Positions 1 through 8,502 of a stretch of DNA of 64,000 nucleotides are shown here, in pieces (position 1 is the first letter of the stretch; each line of letters starts with the position of its first letter). Source of the DNA: Candidatus Aminicenantes bacterium UBA6228. Its GTDB lineage: Bacteria > Acidobacteriota > Aminicenantia > Aminicenantales > Saccharicenantaceae. Position numbers and translations under genes: made by a program. A model generated the notes under the pieces. It was not told where the DNA came from. It made no database searches and was given only the letters and a program-made list of their open reading frames with translations. The stretch is taken from positions 328,130-392,129 of the forward strand of contig DJWO01000014.1 in the NCBI GenBank assembly GCA_002441005.1, written 5' to 3'.

Positions 1-1331
1 CGGAGCGATGAGGGATGATGCAAGGCTTCTGACAGAGACAAACCACCAACCGCCCAGACTCCTCCGCCCCTGACCACGACCACTCTATAATCATGGAGAA
101 GGCTTATCAACCGGTCTTCCTCAAATTTTGGCGGTAGAACCGGAATCACCAGGTACATGAAACTGCCTTCCGCATCAACCGGGATTATTTTTTCGATGGG
201 CGTCTCTTCGCCCGGATAGATGAAATGAGCATGAGCTTCGGCCTCAGGCACATAGGCATGAATCAGGGCCTGAAAATCGCTTTCGGCATAGATTTTTTTG
301 TGAAGCAAAAGCTCAGTGTCATCGCCGGGGGCCTGAACCAGAGGCAGTTTCAGGAGGGGCCCGCCCACCTCGTAGGGCATCGAAGCCTGGGGCGCATATA
401 GCAAATAATCAACACCTCGAACAGACATTGAGCCCGTATGAAATGGCGACAGCCGTGATTCAAACAGGCGATTCCCTGTCTTGCGAAACTCTTTGAGAAT
501 TTCATCTTCCTCAGGAAAATCGCAGCGGTTTTCAATGTCGGGTTCGTAGGGAGCCGGGCGGAAATGGAAATAGGTATCGGGGGCGGCTTTGATTTTGGAG
601 CGTAGTTCTTCTAACTCGGGGGGCTGGCCAACCGGCAGTGGAGCCTCCGGGGGCAGGCTATTTTCTTGCTTTTCTGGTATTTTGAGAGCCTGTCGTTTGG
701 CTCGCGTGCTTCTAATCTGCCTTTCGATGAGCCTGACGATATAGCCGGCATTGTTGGCCAGACAGAGATTAAAAAAAGTTTCTTTAAGTGTCCGGCCCCG
801 GGTCATTGCTCCATGACCGTAAATTATGGTCAGAGGATGGTCGGCCAGGCGAGCCGGGATAGTTTTAGCCATCTCGGGTGAACCGCTTGGCACAGCAAAC
901 CAGTCCACCGGAATTTCCGGGCCCAGGTGATAAAAAGCCAGCGGGTCAACCGGGACAAAGGGCGGTGGCGTTTTTGGAGCGGGCTGGTCGTCAAGGGTAG
1001 CCATAATGAGCTCTTTGACGTGGGCATGCATCGAAGCCTGCGCTCCGGGGAGTGACAGAATTTTCACATGGATATCAGTCTCTGAAGAAGCTTTGTAGTA
1101 GCCAAAATCAGTTTCGCCGGGCGAGAGATAGCAGAGATGGTTGGGCTCGAGGTCGCCCTTTTGAGAGCCGGTGGCGGTGATAACGATCATCTCTTCGCCC
1201 TGAGCATTTTTCCAGCGCCTGGCCATGTTGCCGCTGTGGCTGTCCTGAATGTCATAGAGAAGCGAGGCGCGACCGATAGAATGAAAAAGGCGAAAGATGT
1301 CTTCGCTTGTCTGCCATTTATATGGAGCCAT
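1..1331 (-). CDS. Class II aldolase/adducin family protein with two tandem aldolase-II domains (partial; the 3' end runs off the window)
   Basis: Reading the minus strand from the ATG at 1329-1331 (RBS GGAGGT = complement of 1337-1342) gives an open frame to position 1 with no stop (at least 443 aa). The ORF track only lists ORFs with a stop in the window, so it missed this gene. The N-terminal half has the SGN...SSE(T)D..H and TIIYGHGAMTRG signature of fuculose-phosphate/MtnB-type aldolases. The second half repeats the fold (HAYVPEAEAHAHF ... YRVVVVRGGGVWAVG). The small + and - ORFs at 350-1337 in the track lie inside this gene. Confidence 0.6.
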   Translation of the reverse strand, partial: MAPYKWQTSEDIFRLFHSIGRASLLYDIQDSHSGNMARRWKNAQGEEMIVITATGSQKGDLEPNHLCYLSPGETDFGYYKASSETDIHVKILSLPGAQASMHAHVKELIMATLDDQPAPKTPPPFVPVDPLAFYHLGPEIPVDWFAVPSGSPEMAKTIPARLADHPLTIIYGHGAMTRGRTLKETFFNLCLANNAGYIVRLIERQIRSTRAKRQALKIPEKQENSLPPEAPLPVGQPPELEELRSKIKAAPDTYFHFRPAPYEPDIENRCDFPEEDEILKEFRKTGNRLFESRLSPFHTGSMSVRGVDYLLYAPQASMPYEVGGPLLKLPLVQAPGDDTELLLHKKIYAESDFQALIHAYVPEAEAHAHFIYPGEETPIEKIIPVDAEGSFMYLVIPVLPPKFEEDRLISLLHDYRVVVVRGGGVWAVGGLSLSEALHHPSSL

Positions 1332-1409
1332 GATTAACCTCCGTTTCCTGATGCCTCACCTTTTACCGTCTGTTGCGGCTGCCAGCTATCAGCCATCGGC
1401 CTTCGACTG

Positions 1410-3287
1410 TCAGGCTTTTTTCCGCTCAATTTTCATCTGCTTGAGATATGAGTCGTCTGGCCGGCCATCATCATTCCAGCCTCGAGCCCGGTAATAATCG
1501 CGGCGCATCTGGATCATATTCTCACGGCTGATAGCCCGGGGCTTGCCTTCTGACATTATCGGGATCTCCGAAAAGCGCAAAGGCAGCACGTCCTCTTCTT
1601 CCGGGTTGAGGCCAGCCTTGAGATTAAATAAGCGCTCGAGGGAGGCGATGCGGTTGGCTATTTCTTCGAGGTGAGCCGTCGAAAAATCATAGCCGGTAAT
1701 GCCACTGACAATTCTTGCCCAGGGTTCAATGGCGAAGGAAAAACCGGTGAAGCGGCAAACGCCGAGGCTATCCTGAAGAATGCCGGTATTCTGCATATTG
1801 CGAATGGCAATGGGTGATTGCAAAAGGCTAAAGCGGGGAATCTCTTTGGTGCCGCCAAAAAAGGCCAGCGAGACGGCATAACCGCCGCGAAGGTGACAGG
1901 CACCGGTGGGAGAAGTCATGTAGCCAAGGGCCTGGGCATAAGAGGCCCGCGGGTCATAACCCGGGATTTCCAGCTTTTTGACCTGCATGGCCAGCTCGGG
2001 ATGACCACAAGCAGCCGCCAGGCGGTAGGAACCCTCAGCCAGAAGGGAGCCAATACCTTGCCTATAGGCCGTAAGTTCGACCAGCTTTTCAAGGAGATCG
2101 CCACGGCCAAATCTAATTTCGAGGCCGTCAGTTTGCCTGGGAGTCAGATAGCCTTTCTCATAAAGCTCCATGGCGCAGGCCACTGTTCCGCCAAAAGTGA
2201 CCGTGTCGAGGCCGAGTTCGTTGGCCAGATAGTTAGCTTGAATGATGTAATCGAGGTCATAGATGTCGCAGACCGGGCCCATCAAAACGGTTGTCTCATA
2301 TTCGGGTCCTTCGCCCTGGTGGATCTGGCCGTCAGGCGTCTTGACTGCAGTGTGACGCTGGCAGCCAATCGGACAGAGATAACAGGAGCCTGCTTTTTCC
2401 AGATAGCCGCGGGCAATGGCCTCGCCAGAGATGCGCTCGACTTTATCCTCGTCATGGTTGACATCGAGAAAATTCCGGTGGGGCAACATGTTAATGACAT
2501 TGATAAGAAGAATGAGACCGGCCGTGCCCAGTTCGCGCATCAGCCTTTTGGTAATTGGGGCCTGCTTTAATAGATAAATGGCTTGGTCGACACCGGAGCG
2601 GTAACGGGCTTCATCGGCGATAGTGATTTTTTCGCGGCCACGGACACGAATCCCTTTGAGGTTTTTACTGCCGAAAACAGCGCCAGGGCCGCCGCGGCCA
2701 TAGACCCGGTTTTTATCGTTGGCGACAACAGCATATTTGACGAGATTTTCACCGGCCGGTCCGATGACCAGGGCGCGGTAGAGATTGCCGGGAGTGCTGC
2801 CGGCAGTCAGGATATCGGTTGACTCGGGGACATTTTTCCCCCAGAGATGAGACGCATCCAGGATTTCAATTTTTTCCGGGCTAAGGTCAATAAAAACAGG
2901 GTAGCTGGCCCGGCCGCGGATAATGAGGGCATCGTAACCGGTGGCTTTAAAAGTATGGCCCCAGGTTCCGCCAGAGTTTGAGGTGCCGATGTAACCAGTG
3001 AGAGGCGATTTATAGACCATATGACCACGGCCGGCAGTGGGGGCTTGCGAACCGACGAGCGGCGAGCTGGCGATGACAATGACATTATCGGGGCCGAGGG
3101 GATCGGTGGCGGGATCGATCCGGTCATAAAAAAGTTTGGTGGCCAGACCGCGGCCGCCGAGATAAAGAAGAACATCCTCAGAGGCCAGCGCTTCGATTTT
3201 GATCTGGCCGGTGGTCAGATCTATTTCCAGCACCCGGCCGTGGTATCCAGGAATGGCCATCTTCGTCTTACCTGCCTTACCTTCCAA
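1410..3287 (-). CDS. aor: Aldehyde:ferredoxin oxidoreductase (tungsten/molybdopterin-containing AOR family)
   Basis: 625-aa ORF. Its N-terminal domain (MAIPGYHGRVLEIDLTTGQIK...PLTGYIGTSNSGG) is typical of AOR. A Cys-rich [4Fe-4S] motif (GSCYLCPIGCQRH) and the C-terminal AOR domains are present. The true start may be the second Met (MAIPGY..., about 3260). Confidence 0.88.
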   Translation of the reverse strand: MEGKAGKTKMAIPGYHGRVLEIDLTTGQIKIEALASEDVLLYLGGRGLATKLFYDRIDPATDPLGPDNVIVIASSPLVGSQAPTAGRGHMVYKSPLTGYIGTSNSGGTWGHTFKATGYDALIIRGRASYPVFIDLSPEKIEILDASHLWGKNVPESTDILTAGSTPGNLYRALVIGPAGENLVKYAVVANDKNRVYGRGGPGAVFGSKNLKGIRVRGREKITIADEARYRSGVDQAIYLLKQAPITKRLMRELGTAGLILLINVINMLPHRNFLDVNHDEDKVERISGEAIARGYLEKAGSCYLCPIGCQRHTAVKTPDGQIHQGEGPEYETTVLMGPVCDIYDLDYIIQANYLANELGLDTVTFGGTVACAMELYEKGYLTPRQTDGLEIRFGRGDLLEKLVELTAYRQGIGSLLAEGSYRLAAACGHPELAMQVKKLEIPGYDPRASYAQALGYMTSPTGACHLRGGYAVSLAFFGGTKEIPRFSLLQSPIAIRNMQNTGILQDSLGVCRFTGFSFAIEPWARIVSGITGYDFSTAHLEEIANRIASLERLFNLKAGLNPEEEDVLPLRFSEIPIMSEGKPRAISRENMIQMRRDYYRARGWNDDGRPDDSYLKQMKIERKKA

Positions 3288-3315
3288 ATCTTAGCCCTTT
3301 AAAATATCAGAAACA

Positions 3316-3433
3316 GGGGACACAATCTATATTTCCTATTTTTTTATACAATAAGGGAGCTCGCAGGTAAACAAATAATGAGCCAGTGACCGGTCAAACG
3401 ATCAAATAATTAGGAAATATAGATTGTGTCCCC
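3316..3433. repeat. Pair of perfect 23-bp inverted repeats (GGGGACACAATCTATATTTCCTA at 3316-3338; its reverse complement at 3411-3433) flanking a 72-bp AT-rich segment
   Basis: Direct sequence comparison shows identical arms, and the flanks (aaacag / attt) are also conserved. The same arms recur at 6141-6163 and 6308-6330. The element sits 29 bp upstream of the AOR start codon and 17 bp downstream of the MoaD-like stop. Confidence 0.9.
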
Positions 3434-3450
3434 ATTTATAGAGGCCGGGT

Positions 3451-3735
3451 TTATCCACCGCCCATTAAGGGAAAGATGGTTACTGTCGCTCCATCCTCAA
3501 GCTTGAGCCCGGTCAGGGCATCATGGCTTACTATCGAGCCATTAATCATAATCACCAGATCTTCTCTCACCTGCCCATCTTTAAAGATCTCAGGCCTGGC
3601 CGCAGGTGTTTCTGCTAAGCGGTCAAGAAGTTCTATGAGACCTGGATTCTCATCAAAGACCAGTTCTTTTTCCTTAGCGCCAAATAACTCACGAAAGGGA
3701 GCATAAAACTTAACTTTAATTTTTATCGGTGGCAT
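3451..3735 (-). CDS. MoaD/ThiS-family sulfur-carrier protein
   Basis: 94 aa. It starts with MPPIKIKVKFYAPFRELFG and ends ...TVTIFPLMGGG, a beta-grasp protein with a C-terminal Gly-Gly. It lies next to the pterin-dependent AOR. Confidence 0.75.
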   Translation of the reverse strand: MPPIKIKVKFYAPFRELFGAKEKELVFDENPGLIELLDRLAETPAARPEIFKDGQVREDLVIMINGSIVSHDALTGLKLEDGATVTIFPLMGGG

Positions 3736-3875
3736 ATCCTGACTCCCGTTAACTTTACTTTTTTTTAACCTTACCGATCCACCAGACCCTATCTAATTTA
3801 TTATGCTCTAACCCCGGCTGGCACTGCAAGCAAAGATTACTAAGCTCAAGGGCAAAACTATGACGCTACCCACAC

Positions 3876-4673
3876 TTAGATAACTTTGGGATACATGACA
3901 GCCCCGATCAGAACCAGGATAATGGTGATGGCCGCCAGCACTCCCAGATCAAACCCAATTTGATAGGTGCCTGTTCCACCGACCAGCATCAATTGTCTCA
4001 GGATGTCAACTTCATAGGTCAAGGGATTAAGATGAGAAACGACTTGAAGCCAGGAAGGCATAATGGAAATCGGATAGATGGCGTTACTGGCAAAAAATAG
4101 CGGCATGGTTAAGACCTGTCCCAGGCCCATAAAGCGCTCCCTCGTTTTAACGATGCAGGCAATGATCAGGGAAAAGGTTGAAAAAAGAGCAGAACCAAGA
4201 ACAACGGCCAGAGCTACGCCAAGCAAAGACAGCAGATTGAAGTTCAAATGGACGCCGAGCAAAAGTGCGATGACGACGACAATCAGGCCCTGAGCCAGCC
4301 CTCTTACCCCAGCCGATAAGGCTTTTCCCAGTACCAGAGCCGCCCGCGGCGTTGGACTGACTAAAAACTTATGGACGACCCCCAGATCCTTTTCCCAGAT
4401 GATAGATATTCCATAGAAAATAGCGATGAACAAAACACTCTGAGCCAGAATGCCAGGCGTCATAAAATCAAGGTAAGGCAAATTCCCGGTAGGTATAGCC
4501 CTGACCCGGGTAAAGACCTGGCCGAAGACGAGCAACCACAGGGCAGGTTGAACCGCCCGGGTAAGAAGCTCGGTTGGATCGTGTCGCAGCTTTCTCATTT
4601 CCAGTTCAGCTAAAACTAAGGTTTTATTGCTGAAAGAATAGATTTGTTGGAATAATGATCTGAAAAACTTCAT
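3876..4673 (-). CDS. ABC-2 type transporter permease
   Basis: 265 aa with six predicted TM helices. It is translationally coupled downstream of the ABC ATPase. The topology is ABC-2 family. Confidence 0.7.
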   Translation of the reverse strand: MKFFRSLFQQIYSFSNKTLVLAELEMRKLRHDPTELLTRAVQPALWLLVFGQVFTRVRAIPTGNLPYLDFMTPGILAQSVLFIAIFYGISIIWEKDLGVVHKFLVSPTPRAALVLGKALSAGVRGLAQGLIVVVIALLLGVHLNFNLLSLLGVALAVVLGSALFSTFSLIIACIVKTRERFMGLGQVLTMPLFFASNAIYPISIMPSWLQVVSHLNPLTYEVDILRQLMLVGGTGTYQIGFDLGVLAAITIILVLIGAVMYPKVI

Positions 4674-4742
4674 GTTTTACTCCTGGACTACCGGGCTGCT
4701 ACACTCCTCGGCTCCTGGCTTCTATGATCCTGGCGGGTTTCC

Positions 4743-5543
4743 TCAACCTAAGCGCCGGGCGACGCGCCTCGTTCTGGATATATCTCGAAAGTTTCCGCCA
4801 TTATCCAGCTCGTTCCCGGTATAATGGATAAAAACATCATCAAGCGTCACTTCCTCACCCCGTCCGACTGCTGTTTTTAATTCCTGGGGAGAGCCCAGGG
4901 CAGCCATCTGTCCCAGGTGCATGATAGCTACGCGGCTACAAAGCTCATCTGCTTCATCCATGAGATGAGTGGTCAGAAAAATCGTCGTTCCAAACTGCTG
5001 ACGAAGATTTATGATGTGTTCCCAGACCGTACGCCTTGCCGCCGGGTCGAGCCCGATGGTTGGTTCATCCAGGAAAAGAACGCGCGGGTGGTGGAGCATT
5101 GACTGGGCAATTTCCAGCCGCCGTATCATGCCACCAGAATAGTGCCGAACAAGCTTATCAGCCACTTCCTCCAGACCCATGTAACGCAAAGCCTGTCTGA
5201 CCCGTTCTTCACGTTCCTGACGCGGAACATCATAGAGCCTGGCAAAAATCATTAAATTTTCATAACCGGTCAAAGTGCCGTCAGCCGAAATTAATTGTGG
5301 AACATAACCAATCATTTTTCTCACCCGGGCCGCCTGATGGCGAACGTCAAAACCAGCAACCATCGCCTGGCCAGACGTTGGCGGAAGCAGTGTGGTCAGT
5401 ATTTTTATGGTCGTTGTCTTACCGGCACCATTTGGACCCAGCAATCCAAAAATTTCACCCTCATCAATGGTAAGAGACAGGCGGTTGACAGCCAGGAGCT
5501 CGCCGAAGCGCCTGGTTAAATCTCTTGTTTCAATAATCTTCAT
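4743..5543 (-). CDS. ABC transporter ATP-binding protein
   Basis: Walker A (GPNGAGKTT), the ABC signature (YSGGMIRRLEIAQS) and Walker B (LFLDEPT) are all present. Confidence 0.92.
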   Translation of the reverse strand: MKIIETRDLTRRFGELLAVNRLSLTIDEGEIFGLLGPNGAGKTTTIKILTTLLPPTSGQAMVAGFDVRHQAARVRKMIGYVPQLISADGTLTGYENLMIFARLYDVPRQEREERVRQALRYMGLEEVADKLVRHYSGGMIRRLEIAQSMLHHPRVLFLDEPTIGLDPAARRTVWEHIINLRQQFGTTIFLTTHLMDEADELCSRVAIMHLGQMAALGSPQELKTAVGRGEEVTLDDVFIHYTGNELDNGGNFRDISRTRRVARRLG

Positions 5544-6037
5544 AGCAGTCGTCCTTTTGGTCTCGAATCTCGTTTTTCTTTATGGGATCGATCAGAGGTC
5601 TTCGGAAAGACCAGAGCCTCGAGCAGTAACTCGAAACCCTCATCAATCTTCTGGATTTCTATCGGAGGCAAGTAGTCGAGATGCTCTTGAAGGTTTTTGA
5701 GCGTCGCTTTTTCAGCCAAGGTCAACAGTTTCATGCCCTGGTGGCTCAAATGAAGCTCAATCTGCCGCCTGTCTTCCAGGCCCGATTCCCTGACTATCAA
5801 ACCGCGTCTGACCAGATTATCAACCATTCGGGAAGCCGTGGCCAGGGATAATCCATGGTGAGCAGCCAGAGCTGAGAGCGAGGCCCGCGAGTGGCGACGG
5901 CAAAAAAGAAGTGTGCGAAACTGAGCCAGAGACAGATCTGGCTGGCGGTACTGCCTCATGTTCGACCGGATATAGCCCATCAGTCTGGGTATTCCTTCCA
6001 TAAGCCTGACTGCCAATTCTTCAATCTTATCATCCAT
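5540..6037 (-). CDS. MarR-family transcriptional regulator
   Basis: 165 aa with a winged-helix core (LSLAQFRTLLFCRRH...SLSALAAHHGLSLATASRMVDNLVRRGLIVR). It is the first gene of the marR-ABC-ABC operon and overlaps the ATPase start by 4 bp. Confidence 0.8.
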   Translation of the reverse strand: MDDKIEELAVRLMEGIPRLMGYIRSNMRQYRQPDLSLAQFRTLLFCRRHSRASLSALAAHHGLSLATASRMVDNLVRRGLIVRESGLEDRRQIELHLSHQGMKLLTLAEKATLKNLQEHLDYLPPIEIQKIDEGFELLLEALVFPKTSDRSHKEKRDSRPKGRLL

Positions 6038-6079
6038 TTTATTAGCCTATCTAATTATTAGCTTTTCTAACTATTTTTA

Positions 6080-6108
6080 AGCATAGTCCTGGTCTTGACC
6101 TTTGTCAA
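6080..6108 (-). promoter_or_regulatory. Putative sigma-70 promoter of the marR operon, with an overlapping palindrome TTGACctttGTCAA
   Basis: On the minus strand: TTGACA (complement of 6103-6108), a 17-bp spacer, then TATGCT (complement of 6080-6085). The palindrome TTGAC-N4-GTCAA at 6095-6108 overlaps the -35 box and could be the MarR operator. Confidence 0.45.
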
Positions 6109-6140
6109 CGGCAGAGCAAAAAACCGCCCTTATTTAAACA

Positions 6141-6330
6141 GGGGACACAATCTATATTTCCTAATTATTTTCCTCTTTGAGTAAGGAGGGGAGGACTGCT
6201 AATTGAGTCAGTAAGGGGACGTGGTAAGGGGCCGTTCCTAACCGGCACTTAATTCGACCATATGACCCGGCTCGCCAGGCACAAAATCATTTAGAGGACC
6301 AAGAAAATAGGAAATATAGATTGTGTCCCC
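6141..6330. repeat. Second copy of the 23-bp inverted-repeat pair (arms 6141-6163 and 6308-6330) flanking a 144-bp segment
   Basis: The arms are identical to those at 3316-3433, including the aaacag / attt flanks. The inner sequence is unrelated to that of locus 1. The right arm ends 3 bp before the pilQ stop codon (6334-6336). Confidence 0.9.
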
Positions 6331-6333
6331 ATT

Positions 6334-8502
6334 TTAACGGGCGATGACCAGCATTTCGCCACCCACCAGGTTGACAGCCCGGCCCTGCACTCCGAGGACC
6401 TGAATTGAGGAGATGCCTACTCTGGTCTCGCCTGCCCCCAGGACTTCAAAAACCAGCGTGGCCAGATTGCCGCTATTTACACCTTTAGCCGGATCCGGTG
6501 ACGAAAAGCCTATTACGGCCAGCCCCGAAGAAGCACTTATATCCTGGAGAAAAGAGCCTTTATCACCAAACTGGCTGACCAGGTCCCCTCTCTGAATTTC
6601 TTTAAGTCTCAACACTTTAGAGTCGTAATTAACATTCAGAGACAAAGACGTTATATCCACTGGCGAATTGACGGCTAATCTGACATTTAATGTATAGCCC
6701 ACCGGCACTTCCGACCGCTCGGGTAACAGCGACACTGTTCCCATCTGGGCACCAGCTTCGGCCGCCTCCTCTGCCGGGACTTCCACTCCGGCTTCAACTG
6801 GAGGTATGGTTTCTTCACCGCCGCCAGCAGCCGTCTGCGTTTGCGTCGTAAAGCTTGAGCCGGCATTATCGATCCACAGCGGCTCACTGTCTTCAGCCTT
6901 TAAAGGCATTGTCCTGATAATATGCGGAGTTATGGTCAGGATCACATCAGTCTGGTCAACTGTCCGGTCAGCACTCGAAAAAAGGCTGCCCAGAATAGGG
7001 ATATTTTTCAGGCCAGTCACTCCCTTCAGAGATTTCCGCTCCTCATCCTTGAGTAACCCGGCCAGTAAATTGGTTTCGCCATCCTTGAGTCTGATCACAT
7101 TCTTGACCGACCGGGTAGAAATAATGGGAATATCGGCGATTCCCGTACCACTGATGGCTGTGATTTTGACTTCCATTTCCAGACTGACTTCATTTTCCTG
7201 ATGCAACCTTGGTTTGATATTCACTCCAATGCCAACATCCTGATACTGATAGGAAACCATTGGCTGCTGGCTGATACCGCCGGCAGCAATTGGATTAAAG
7301 GTTGTACTTGGAATTGGTACTTGCTGACCAACCAGATAATTTATTTCCTCGCTGTCAACTCCCCTCAGCCTTGGCTGGGCGATAATTTTTGTATCCGAAT
7401 CAGTCTCTATAAACTGAAGAAGAACCGAAGGCAGGGTTATCTGAAAATTTTCTGATTTGGAAAGATCAAAACCCTCGAGAGGCAGCCAGCCGTCGGTTGG
7501 GATTTCGCTCACCCCACCCGTATATCTGATGGACCCATAGCTCTGGCTGAACTGCGTGCCGATAGTTTGCAGTCTTGTTCTGGAGACTTCCATGATCTCC
7601 AGATCGATAATTACCTCGCCCTTAGGCTTATCCCAGGACTGAAGCAGTTTCTCGGCCAGGGCCACGACCGTTGCCGTGTCTCTGATGGTCAGCGAATTTC
7701 TTGTTTTGTCAACAATAATGCTGGGGCCTTTATACTGAGTCCGCAGGATAGAAGCCAGCTGATTTTGCACGTCCTGGGCATTTATGTTAGAGAGGTAGAT
7801 AGTTTTAATGGCATTGACTTCATATTGATTTCGTTTTTGCGGGTTGTCAGGAATGATGATCGCCGTTCGCTCATCCATCACCCGGTAGAAAGTCCGCCCG
7901 GTCAGGCAGAGTGAGTTAATAGCCTGTTCGACAGTTAGATCAGTCAGATCAATCGAAACAGGCAGATCACGGAACTGCTCGTCAAACAAAAAGTTGATCC
8001 CGCTGAACTTTCCCAGAGCCTGGAAAATCGCCCGCAAAGAAGCATCGGTAAATTTCAGTTTCAGTAATTCGGGCGGGTATTTTAATTTTACTGGAGCTTC
8101 AATCACCACTTCTTTGGGCTTGACTTCAACGGCTGGCTTGATACCGGCCAATTCTTTATACTCAGCCAGAATCATCCTGTTGGTTGGATCATAAAACAGG
8201 GCCTTTTTATATTGATTAAGAGCCTCATCTTTCATTCCTCCCGCCGCCAGGCGCCTGGCCCTTTCAGCCGCATCCAGCGCTGCCACGGCCTTCGTCCGGA
8301 AGAGAGCCAGCCGGTAAACTGACTCTTTAGGATTTTCCAGCATCGCCTGCTCATAGTATTTAATGGCCTCATCATAATTCTTATTGATCTCGGCCTGATA
8401 ACCGAGCTTATAGGACTGGGTAAAAGTAGAACAACCAAGTATATTTATGATTAAGAAGCCAAGAAAAAGCCAGCTGATTTTTCCCGGTCTGATTTTAGTC
8501 AT
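6334..8502 (-). CDS. pilQ: Type IV pilus secretin PilQ (type II/III secretion secretin family) with an N-terminal lipobox-TPR module and a C-terminal cohesin-like domain
   Basis: 722 aa. A lipoprotein signal (LGCS) and TPR-like helices come first. Secretin N-domains and the secretin core follow (...GVTGLKNIPILGSLFS...ILTITPHII). A Gly/Ala/Glu-rich linker then leads to a roughly 135-aa C-terminal beta-sandwich (LSLNVNYDSKVLRL...GNLATLVFEVLGAGETRVGI) that resembles cohesin domains. Confidence 0.8.
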   Translation of the reverse strand: MTKIRPGKISWLFLGFLIINILGCSTFTQSYKLGYQAEINKNYDEAIKYYEQAMLENPKESVYRLALFRTKAVAALDAAERARRLAAGGMKDEALNQYKKALFYDPTNRMILAEYKELAGIKPAVEVKPKEVVIEAPVKLKYPPELLKLKFTDASLRAIFQALGKFSGINFLFDEQFRDLPVSIDLTDLTVEQAINSLCLTGRTFYRVMDERTAIIIPDNPQKRNQYEVNAIKTIYLSNINAQDVQNQLASILRTQYKGPSIIVDKTRNSLTIRDTATVVALAEKLLQSWDKPKGEVIIDLEIMEVSRTRLQTIGTQFSQSYGSIRYTGGVSEIPTDGWLPLEGFDLSKSENFQITLPSVLLQFIETDSDTKIIAQPRLRGVDSEEINYLVGQQVPIPSTTFNPIAAGGISQQPMVSYQYQDVGIGVNIKPRLHQENEVSLEMEVKITAISGTGIADIPIISTRSVKNVIRLKDGETNLLAGLLKDEERKSLKGVTGLKNIPILGSLFSSADRTVDQTDVILTITPHIIRTMPLKAEDSEPLWIDNAGSSFTTQTQTAAGGGEETIPPVEAGVEVPAEEAAEAGAQMGTVSLLPERSEVPVGYTLNVRLAVNSPVDITSLSLNVNYDSKVLRLKEIQRGDLVSQFGDKGSFLQDISASSGLAVIGFSSPDPAKGVNSGNLATLVFEVLGAGETRVGISSIQVLGVQGRAVNLVGGEMLVIAR

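Noticed and set aside
350-1337. Five short ORFs in the track (350-535, 666-881, 830-1027, 1137-1337, 1297-1494)
   Set aside because: All lie inside, and out of frame with or antisense to, the long uninterrupted minus-strand aldolase reading frame (1-1331). None has a recognisable motif. I treat them as spurious.
1658-3302. Multiple 60-250-aa ORFs on both strands overlapping the AOR gene (e.g. 1818-2570 +)
   Set aside because: They are embedded in a high-confidence 625-aa AOR coding region. Such shadow ORFs are typical of relatively GC-rich coding DNA and show no motifs.
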